DNA of 59,516 bases from a virus. Lineage: Duplodnaviria; Caudoviricetes. The stretch is taken from positions 1 through 59,516 of the IMG/VR virus record IMGVR_UViG_3300048837_000161, one strand, 5' to 3'. The notes below the pieces were generated by a model, which saw only the letters and a list, made by a program, of their open reading frames with translations, was not told the origin of the DNA and did not search any database. Shown here piece after piece: positions 52,937 through 59,516 of the stretch (positions are counted from its first letter, which is position 1; each line of letters begins with the position of its first letter). The translations under genes and the position numbers were made by a program.

Positions 52937-53246
52937 GAGCGACGTTCAGCGCTATCTCCACGAGAAGGGCTTTATCCGGGCCGGGTCGGCACCCAAGAGC
53001 TGGCCGGACCCGGTGCATGGGTGGTACTACATGCCGTCCCAGAACGGGCGCGGCGTGACCGGCATTCCCGACTTCGTGGGGTGCTACAAGGGTCGGTTCT
53101 TCTCGGTGGAGACCAAGGCGCCTGGGCGCCGACACGATACCAACGCGAACCAAGACCAGCGCATCAAGGAAATTCAACGTGCTGACGGCGTAGCACTCGT
53201 GGTGGATGATGTGGAACAACTGAAGGAGGTACTGGAACATGGCTAA
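52908..53246 (+). CDS. VRR-NUC nuclease (Holliday-junction resolvase-like)
   Basis: 'TPEAKVK', 'GIPDFVGCYKGRFFSVETKAP', 'GVALVV'. Confidence 0.85.
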   Translation: MAMTPEAKVKSDVQRYLHEKGFIRAGSAPKSWPDPVHGWYYMPSQNGRGVTGIPDFVGCYKGRFFSVETKAPGRRHDTNANQDQRIKEIQRADGVALVVDDVEQLKEVLEHG

Positions 53247-53514
53247 CAAAGGCGGACCCAAGAAAGCAGCTTACGACAAGGCTTACGGAGCACGACCCGA
53301 ACAGAAGGAAGCCCGCGCCCAGCGAAATGCCGCTCGACGCGAAGCCGAGCGAGAGGGTAAAGTCCACAAGGGCGACGGCAAGGACGTCGCCCACAAGACG
53401 GCAATCAAGAACGGCGGCACCAACGCGGACAGCAACCTGAAGGTCCAGGATAAAGAGGACAACCGGGGATGGAGAAAATCGCAGAAGGGCTACCGCGTGC
53501 CGAACGAGAAGTAA
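53239..53514 (+). CDS. Small HNH-like protein
   Basis: 'GKVHKGDGKDVAHK...GGTN..SNL......NR'. Confidence 0.7.
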   Translation: MANKGGPKKAAYDKAYGARPEQKEARAQRNAARREAEREGKVHKGDGKDVAHKTAIKNGGTNADSNLKVQDKEDNRGWRKSQKGYRVPNEK

Positions 53515-53532
53515 GGAGGACGGGAGAGAGGG

Positions 53533-55134
53533 ATGCTAGTCCACAAGAAAAAACGCGTGCTGGTGATTCGGTCTAAAAATCCCGAACACATCACGGCCAC
53601 GATCCCCACCGCGAAGACGTTCGAGTACCGTGGAGCAACCCTCGTTGCCGTGCCGCACAAGCTCGACGAGGTGCGGGTGTTGAGGAACATGGGGATCAAG
53701 GCCCCTAGTCCGATCCTGTACTACTACGACTGGCCCCGCAACGAGCACGCGATCAAGCAACCCTTCTTCGCGCAGACCGAGACGGCCGCGTTCTTCACCT
53801 ACCACCCCCGGGCGTACTGCCACAACGGGCTCGGGTCCGGTAAGACTTTGTCATCGCTCTGGTCCTACGACTACCTGCGCAGTATCGGGGAGCGTAAGCG
53901 CGTGCTGGTGGTCTCCACCCTCTCCACCCTCGACCGTGCGTGGGGCGACACGATCTTCGAGCACTTCCCGCACCTGACCTTCAGCGTGCTGCACGGCAGC
54001 AAGGAGAAGCGGCTCAAGCTGCTCAACCAGCTCGTCGACATCTACATCATCAACCACGATGGACTGAAGGTTATCGGTGACGCGTTTGCCGAGCGACCCG
54101 ACATCGACATGGTGATCGTGGACGAGGTGTCCGAGGCCGCACGCAACGCGCAGACCGACCGCTGGAAGTCCTTGAACGAGGTGGTGAACAAGCAGCCCGC
54201 CCGCATGAAGCTACCGCCCAGGCACTGCATCGGTCTCACGGCAACGCCGGTCCCGAACGACCCCACGGATGCGTGGGCGCAGTGCCGCCTCATCACCCCG
54301 GACACCGTGCCGCCCTACTTCAACAGGTTCAAGGACATGGTGATGCGCCAGTCCGGCCCGTACAACTGGGTGCCGCGAGAAGGCGCGATGGAGATCGTGC
54401 ACAAGGTCATGCAGCCTGCGATACGGTTCAGCCGTGAGGAGTGTGTCGACCTGCCGCCCACCACGTATATGACCCGCGAGGTGCCGCTCACCCCAGAGCA
54501 GGAGAAAGCCTACAAGTCGATGCAGGCGAAGCTCAAGGCCGAGGTCGACGCCGGGGAAGTGCTGGCGGTGAACGAGGCGGTGAAGATCATGAAGCTGGCG
54601 CAGATTTGCGCAGGAAGTGTGTTGGACGTCAACGGGGACGAAGTGCCGATCAACTGCAAGCCGAGGCTGGAAGAGACGCTGGCACTGGTCAAGGCGTCGC
54701 AGAGCAAGAGCATCGTGTTCGTGCCGTTTGTCTCGTCGCTCAACGTGGTGGCCGAGTACCTGCGCCAGCACAAAGTTCGGGTCGGCGTCATCCACGGCGC
54801 GGTCAGCAAGCGTGACCGCGACGTGATCTTCAGTGGGTTCCAGAAGGGTAACGAGTACGACGTGATCGTGGCGATTGGGGCAGCAATGTCGCACGGGCTC
54901 ACGCTCACAGCGGCGAGCACCATCATCTGGTACGCGCCGATCAACCGGGCGGACATCTACACTCAAGCAAACGGCAGAACGGTTCGACCTTCCCAACGTC
55001 ATAATACGTTGATCGTGCATATTGAAGGGACGCCGCTCGAAAGGAAGATGTACAACCGCCTGCAACACAAGCAGTCAATGCAAGGGCTGTTACTTGATCT
55101 GGTTCGAGGAAGCCGAGAAGGGGTGAACGTATGA
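53533..55134 (+). CDS. SNF2-family helicase
   Basis: 'GLGSGKT', 'VIVDE', 'LTATP', 'HGLTLTAA', 'QANGR..R..Q'. Confidence 0.9.
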   Translation: MLVHKKKRVLVIRSKNPEHITATIPTAKTFEYRGATLVAVPHKLDEVRVLRNMGIKAPSPILYYYDWPRNEHAIKQPFFAQTETAAFFTYHPRAYCHNGLGSGKTLSSLWSYDYLRSIGERKRVLVVSTLSTLDRAWGDTIFEHFPHLTFSVLHGSKEKRLKLLNQLVDIYIINHDGLKVIGDAFAERPDIDMVIVDEVSEAARNAQTDRWKSLNEVVNKQPARMKLPPRHCIGLTATPVPNDPTDAWAQCRLITPDTVPPYFNRFKDMVMRQSGPYNWVPREGAMEIVHKVMQPAIRFSREECVDLPPTTYMTREVPLTPEQEKAYKSMQAKLKAEVDAGEVLAVNEAVKIMKLAQICAGSVLDVNGDEVPINCKPRLEETLALVKASQSKSIVFVPFVSSLNVVAEYLRQHKVRVGVIHGAVSKRDRDVIFSGFQKGNEYDVIVAIGAAMSHGLTLTAASTIIWYAPINRADIYTQANGRTVRPSQRHNTLIVHIEGTPLERKMYNRLQHKQSMQGLLLDLVRGSREGVNV

Positions 55135-55805
55135 AGCAGCGAAAAACAGTAGCGCCAGGGACGACGAGCGGTCGACTTACGGTGCTCTCGGACGCGGGGG
55201 CGCACCCGACGAGCGGCAACACTATGGTGCGGTGCTTATGTTCTTGCGGAAACGAGTCGGTCAAAGCGTGGTCGGCGGTGTGCAGCGGTCGCGCCAAGTC
55301 TTGCGGGTGCCTCCGCGTCGAGCAGGCTAAGGCGAACGGTTTCGCGTCGCGGAAGCACGGAATGCGAAACACTAAGGAATACGCAACTTGGCGTGGAATT
55401 TTCGTCAGGTGCTACGACGAAAACGCGCCCAACTACCCAAAGTACGGCGGGCGCGGAATAACTGTTTGCGAAAGGTGGCATAAGTTCGAGAACTTCTACG
55501 CAGACATGGGGGATCGGCCGACGCCAGACCACAGCATTGACCGCATCGACGTCGATGGACCCTACAGCCCGGAGAATTGTCGGTGGGCGACGAACAACGA
55601 GCAGCAGCGCAACAAGCAGAACACGGTGCTGGTCGAGTGGGCAGGGGAAAAGCTGTGCGTCAGAGAGTGGGAAGATCGGCTGGGCTTCCCAAAAGAGGTC
55701 ATCTACAACCGTCTCCGCAGCGGTTGGCCGGTGGAGCGCGCCATGACGGAGCCGCTGCACACTGAGAAGTCCAGGAACCATACGCGGCGCTTGACGCACC
55801 CCTAA
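55131..55805 (+). CDS. Free-standing HNH homing endonuclease
   Basis: 'CLCSCG', 'KSCGC', 'YGGRGITVCERW', 'SIDRID.DGPYSPENCRWAT..EQ.RN'; codon usage differs from neighbours. Confidence 0.85.
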   Translation: MKQRKTVAPGTTSGRLTVLSDAGAHPTSGNTMVRCLCSCGNESVKAWSAVCSGRAKSCGCLRVEQAKANGFASRKHGMRNTKEYATWRGIFVRCYDENAPNYPKYGGRGITVCERWHKFENFYADMGDRPTPDHSIDRIDVDGPYSPENCRWATNNEQQRNKQNTVLVEWAGEKLCVREWEDRLGFPKEVIYNRLRSGWPVERAMTEPLHTEKSRNHTRRLTHP

Positions 55806-55818
55806 CTCTCTGTTAACT

Positions 55819-55834
55819 TGCTTACACCTAAGCA
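55819..55834. promoter_or_regulatory. 16-bp TGYT-N8-ARCA site upstream of AlpA/Xis
   Basis: TGCTTACACCTAAGCA just before the GAGG RBS. Confidence 0.65.
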
Positions 55835-55844
55835 CGAGGTGCCC

Positions 55845-56030
55845 ATGAATCTACTGACTGTAGAGGCCGTTGCTTCAGCCTTAAAAGTCCACAAGGTCAC
55901 GGTGTGGCGGTTGTCGAGGTCCGACCCCACGTTTCCCAAACCCATCAAGCTCTCCGACAGAGTCACCCGCTGGCTGGAGAGTGACCTCGAAGACTGGGTG
56001 CTACGACATAAACAAGGAGAAGCGCAATGA
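55845..56030 (+). CDS. AlpA-family regulator / excisionase
   Basis: 'LLTVEAVASALKVHKVTVWR...FPKPIKL...TRWLESDLEDW'. Confidence 0.8.
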   Translation: MNLLTVEAVASALKVHKVTVWRLSRSDPTFPKPIKLSDRVTRWLESDLEDWVLRHKQGEAQ

Positions 56031-56413
56031 AACTCGACGAACTGGTCGCCAACTACATCAAGTTGCGCGACAAGAAATCCCAGCTCAAGAAGCAGTACGA
56101 CGAGAAGGTCGCCAAGGTGGACGCGGTGATGGACAAGATGGAGGCCATCATCCTCAAGACGTTCCAGGACTCGGGCATCGACTCGGCCCGCACCGATGCG
56201 GGTACTGCTTACATCTCAACACGTACTAGCGCGACGCTGGGTTCGAGGGATGAGTTTGTGCAGTGGGTGCTGCAAGACCCCGAGGAGCGCATGTCGTTCT
56301 TTGAAAATCGAGTGAATAAGACCCTGATTGACCAGTTTAAGGCTGCGAATGACGACCTGCCCCCAGGCGTTAATTTCCGAAGCGAGATCGTCGTCGGCGT
56401 GCGCCGCGCGTAA
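56027..56413 (+). CDS. Conserved replication-module hypothetical protein
   Basis: 'LVANYIKLRD', 'RTDAGTAY', 'LPPGV'. Confidence 0.7.
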   Translation: MKLDELVANYIKLRDKKSQLKKQYDEKVAKVDAVMDKMEAIILKTFQDSGIDSARTDAGTAYISTRTSATLGSRDEFVQWVLQDPEERMSFFENRVNKTLIDQFKAANDDLPPGVNFRSEIVVGVRRA

Positions 56414-56452
56414 ACACGTACTACACTAATCAGTTCACACGGAGTAAACACC

Positions 56453-56806
56453 ATGAACGAGCAGCAGATCGAGCAGGAAATCCAAGCCAAGGGGCTGACC
56501 GCGCCGCGCGTGACACCTGCGGACATCGAGGCGAACATCGCCAGCGAGCACTATTTCACTGCCGAGCAAGGGGCCGAAGCTGCCGCTCCTTCATATGGCG
56601 ACAAGTACCCGCAAGCCCTCGGCCTCCTGACCTTCTGCGTGCTGGTGCTGCGCAACGGCTTCACCGTGACCGGCGAGAGCGCTTGCGCCAGCCCCGAGAA
56701 CTTCGATGCCGAACTTGGCCGCAAGATCGCCCGTCAGAACGCCGTGCAGAAGCTGTGGCCGCTGATGGGATATGCACTCAAAGAACGCCTCGCCAACGGC
56801 AACTAA
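56453..56806 (+). CDS. Gp49-family (Phage_gp49_66) protein
   Basis: 'APRVTPADIEANI', 'LTFCVLVLRNGFTVTGESACASPENFDAELGRKIA', 'WPLMGYAL'. Confidence 0.85.
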   Translation: MNEQQIEQEIQAKGLTAPRVTPADIEANIASEHYFTAEQGAEAAAPSYGDKYPQALGLLTFCVLVLRNGFTVTGESACASPENFDAELGRKIARQNAVQKLWPLMGYALKERLANGN

Positions 56807-56834
56807 ACACCCCACACATTCAGGAGTAAACACC

Positions 56835-57851
56835 ATGAGCAACCTCATCCCGTTCGACAGCGCCCCCTCCACCAAGCTGACCGTCGCCATCCCGAAAGAC
56901 CTGTTCAACGTCGAGGACATGCTGACCGGCATGTCGCGCGGCTTCCCCGTCATCTCGATCGAGGGCAAGAACTGGTCCATCAAGCGCGGCGACACCAAGG
57001 AGATCATCCGTCGCCCGAACGTCGACGGCGAGCTGGAACCGGCACGCAGCATCGAGGTGGTAATCCTTCGCGCCAACAAGGGCACGGCCAAGGTCTTCTA
57101 CGCCAAGAAGTACACGCAGGGCAGCGTCGAGAAGCCCGACTGCTACTCCAACGACGGTGTCGCCCCGGCCGCTGACGCAGTCAACGCGCAGGCCAAGAAG
57201 TGCGCCGCCTGCCCGCACAACCAGTGGGGTTCGCGCATCACCGACGAAGGCAAGAAGGCCAAGGCGTGCAGCGATGTGAAGCGCCTCGCTGTTGCTGCCC
57301 CCGACGCCCTCAACGACCCGATGCTGCTGCGTGTTCCGGCCACCTCGCTCGGTAACTGGGACGAGTTCGTGAAGTTCGTTGCCGGTCGTGGCTACGCCCC
57401 GATCCAGTGCAAGACGCGCATCAGCTTCGACCCGGAAGCGACCCACCAGCTTCTCCAGTTCAAGCCGCTCGGCGTGTTCGGTGATGACGTCCTGGCCGAG
57501 GCTGTTCAGGCCGCGAGCACCCAGACCGTGGAGGACATCATCGGTGGCGCCCCGACCGCTGCCGAAGAGACCAACGGTTCGGCTCATGAAGCCGCGCCGA
57601 AGGCCGCAGCCAAGCCCGCCCCGGTCGAAGAAGCCCCTGCCCCGGCACCCAAGAAGTCCGCCAAGCTCGCCGCAGTGGTCGAGGAAGCCGAAGCGGCACC
57701 GAAGGCCAAGGTGAAGGTCGAAGCGGAAGTCGAGGAAGAAGCCCCCGCCCCCGCGCCGAAGAAGGCCGCGAAGGTGGTCGAGGTCGATGACGACATCACT
57801 GCGGGTCTGGACGACATGCTGTCCGACCTGGGCTTCGACGACGAAGAGTAA
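56835..57851 (+). CDS. Putative ssDNA-binding / annealing protein
   Basis: AGGAG RBS at ATG 56835; 'PDCYSNDG..P...CAACP.NQWGS...KAC', 'LRVPATSL'; Ala/Pro/Lys linker and acidic tail ending 'GFDDEE'. Confidence 0.65.
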   Translation: MSNLIPFDSAPSTKLTVAIPKDLFNVEDMLTGMSRGFPVISIEGKNWSIKRGDTKEIIRRPNVDGELEPARSIEVVILRANKGTAKVFYAKKYTQGSVEKPDCYSNDGVAPAADAVNAQAKKCAACPHNQWGSRITDEGKKAKACSDVKRLAVAAPDALNDPMLLRVPATSLGNWDEFVKFVAGRGYAPIQCKTRISFDPEATHQLLQFKPLGVFGDDVLAEAVQAASTQTVEDIIGGAPTAAEETNGSAHEAAPKAAAKPAPVEEAPAPAPKKSAKLAAVVEEAEAAPKAKVKVEAEVEEEAPAPAPKKAAKVVEVDDDITAGLDDMLSDLGFDDEE

Positions 57852-57919
57852 GAACCCCCAGCCCGGTCCCCTCGGGGGACGCCGGAACCGTAACCGGCAC
57901 CCACTTTCTAGGAGCCCTC

Positions 57920-58222
57920 ATGGAACTCGACCACGAACCCGTCCGTGTGGCGGGGCTTTCGCAGGGGGAGCTGTCCGAGCTGGTCGGCTTGTCCCGACTG
58001 AGCGTCAACCGCTACATGCAGTCCAACACCGGGCCGAAGCGTGAGAACGACCGCAAGCACTACGAGCAGGTCTTGAAGCTCATCGCTGTAGCGGTTAAGC
58101 TCGGCATCCTTCCCCATCAGCTTCCGCCCCGCAAGCGCGGTGTCACCCGCCAGCACGACATCGAACAAGCCCTCGAAGCTACGAAGCGCAAAGTTGCAGA
58201 GCTGCGTGCCAAGCGCAGCTAA
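57920..58222 (+). CDS. XRE/Cro-like HTH protein
   Basis: 'AGLSQGELSELVGLSRLSVNRY'. Confidence 0.6.
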   Translation: MELDHEPVRVAGLSQGELSELVGLSRLSVNRYMQSNTGPKRENDRKHYEQVLKLIAVAVKLGILPHQLPPRKRGVTRQHDIEQALEATKRKVAELRAKRS

Positions 58223-58224
58223 CC

Positions 58225-58240
58225 TGCTTACCTCTAAACA
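58225..58240. promoter_or_regulatory. 16-bp TGYT-N8-ARCA site upstream of the primase
   Basis: TGCTTACCTCTAAACA, 2 nt after the HTH stop. Confidence 0.65.
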
Positions 58241-58260
58241 AGTCCAACGCTGGGGGGCAA

Positions 58261-59516
58261 ATGGACACGCTGTCTTTCCTTCAAAAAATCCTGCCGTCCC
58301 AAGGTGTCTACGTCCTGGCGGCATTCCGCAACGGGATGGATCGCTCTCCAGCCCACTACAACTGCAAGAGCCTCGAAGACCTCGCCCGCCTCGCCCGTAA
58401 GGTCGATGATGCGGGCGTTCAGGTTTTTCACGCCTGCGCCTCGTTCGCCGAAGAACGCAAGGTGCCGACCAAGGCGGACCCCTCGAAGCTGCGTAACGCC
58501 ACCCGTGCCGCAGACAACGTCGCCTTCACCCGTAGCCAATGGCTCGACGTGGACGTCGGCCCCACCAAGGACTACCCGACGCGCAAGGAGGCCGTACAGG
58601 CGGTCGCCGAGTTGTGTCGCACCCTCCGTATTCCCGCACCCATGTTCGTGGCGTCTGGGCGCGGCCTGCACTGCTACTGGCCGTTTACGAAAGACCTTCC
58701 TGCCAAGCAAGCCGGGATCATCGGCAAGTCGTTCCACGCCGCACTCAAGGCCGTTGGGTTCAAGCACGACACCAGCCGCACGGCGGACCTTGCCAGCATC
58801 CTGCGCCCCACGGGCACCCACTGGCGCAAAGACGGAGACGTCGAGGTGGTGCTGCTGCGCGACGCCGAGCCCATCCCGGCCAAGCGGTTCATGGCCGCAC
58901 TGGTGAAGTACATCCCCACCGAAGTGACCAAGCCCAAGGCCGACACCTCCGTGTTCGACGAGTGGGGCACCGGGCCGAAAGTCTACCCGCCGTCCTCTGC
59001 CGAGCGGATCATCAAGTTCTGCCCCACCCTGCGCTACGTGGCCGAGGAGCGCGGCAACGTCGAAGAACCCCTCTGGCGCGCGATGCTGGGGCTGGTGAAA
59101 CATACAGTCGAGGGCGAGGCACAGGCTCACGCCTGGAGCCAAGGGCACCCCGAATACGACGCCGAGGCCACCCAGACCAAGATCGACGCCTGGACCTCCG
59201 GCCCCACCACCTGTGAGAACTTCGGCGGACTGTGCGAGCGCTGCGAGGGGTGCAAGTACGCCGACCGCAAGAGCCCGATCCATCTGGGCTACTCGGAAGA
59301 ACTGCCGCCTGTGGCGAAGGAACCTGAGCCCGTAGTGGAGGTATCACCTATCATCACGGCGCCGGAAGTCGAAGCGGTCACGCACCACGACCCCGAGCAG
59401 TACAAGGCGAAGCTGCCCGACCACGTCCCGTTCTGGCCCAAGGGCTACGCGTGGGACGGTCAGTTCCTCAAGGTAGCGAAGAAAGACGAGGAGGGTGCGC
59501 TCACCTGGGTCAGCTT
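58261..59516 (+). CDS. DNA primase/helicase, N-terminal part (RepB-like primase; runs off the window; not in ORF track)
   Basis: MDTLSFLQKILP...; 'WLDVDVG', 'VASGRGLHCYW', 'ILRPTGT', 'EPLWR', 'GPTTCE.F...CE.CEGC'; reads in frame into the terminal repeat. Confidence 0.85.
   Translation, partial: MDTLSFLQKILPSQGVYVLAAFRNGMDRSPAHYNCKSLEDLARLARKVDDAGVQVFHACASFAEERKVPTKADPSKLRNATRAADNVAFTRSQWLDVDVGPTKDYPTRKEAVQAVAELCRTLRIPAPMFVASGRGLHCYWPFTKDLPAKQAGIIGKSFHAALKAVGFKHDTSRTADLASILRPTGTHWRKDGDVEVVLLRDAEPIPAKRFMAALVKYIPTEVTKPKADTSVFDEWGTGPKVYPPSSAERIIKFCPTLRYVAEERGNVEEPLWRAMLGLVKHTVEGEAQAHAWSQGHPEYDAEATQTKIDAWTSGPTTCENFGGLCERCEGCKYADRKSPIHLGYSEELPPVAKEPEPVVEVSPIITAPEVEAVTHHDPEQYKAKLPDHVPFWPKGYAWDGQFLKVAKKDEEGALTWVS
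59350..59516 (+). repeat. Imperfect terminal direct repeat, right copy
   Basis: IITAPEVEAVTHHDPEQYKAKLPDHVPFW... versus IIKAPEVEAVAHHDPEQYKAKLPDQVPFW... at 1-167. Confidence 0.95.

Overview
The window is essentially one whole genome of a GC-rich, temperate, short-tailed (podovirus-type) dsDNA phage, probably of a proteobacterial host (inference). It opens and closes inside the same primase/DUF927-helicase gene, and the two ends form a 167-bp direct repeat that is only about 89% identical. The layout is: primase C-terminal half, attP-like site and P4-like tyrosine integrase on +. Next comes a minus-strand late arm (3267-35283) with a giant polyvalent injected protein, two more internal proteins, a 1971-aa tail fibre, tail/adaptor proteins, lysis genes, capsid, scaffold, two tandem spike-like genes, portal, TerL and TerS. 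A divergent, largely non-coding control/origin region follows (35284-37520), then a plus-strand early/replication arm with small accessory ORFs, M28 peptidase, dCTP deaminase, DUF5664, family-B DNA polymerase, Cas4-like, VRR-NUC and HNH nucleases, SNF2 helicase, AlpA/Xis, SSB-like protein and primase. Main observations: (1) a 16-bp pseudo-palindrome TGYT-N8-ARCA at about 17 gene junctions on both arms, resembling a stoperator-like control system, in a temperate phage with no recognisable CI; (2) two alternative carbohydrate-acting spike genes in tandem, each preceded by a copy of the portal 3' end plus a shared N-terminus; (3) a virion-injected polyvalent protein carrying a sigma70-region-4-like domain, a metallopeptidase motif and an ADP-ribosyltransferase-like domain; (4) small early ORFs joined by identical 29-bp stop/RBS/start linkers; (5) no recognisable spanins, but a disruptin-like peptide candidate. 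All family calls come from motif recognition by eye; no searches were run.
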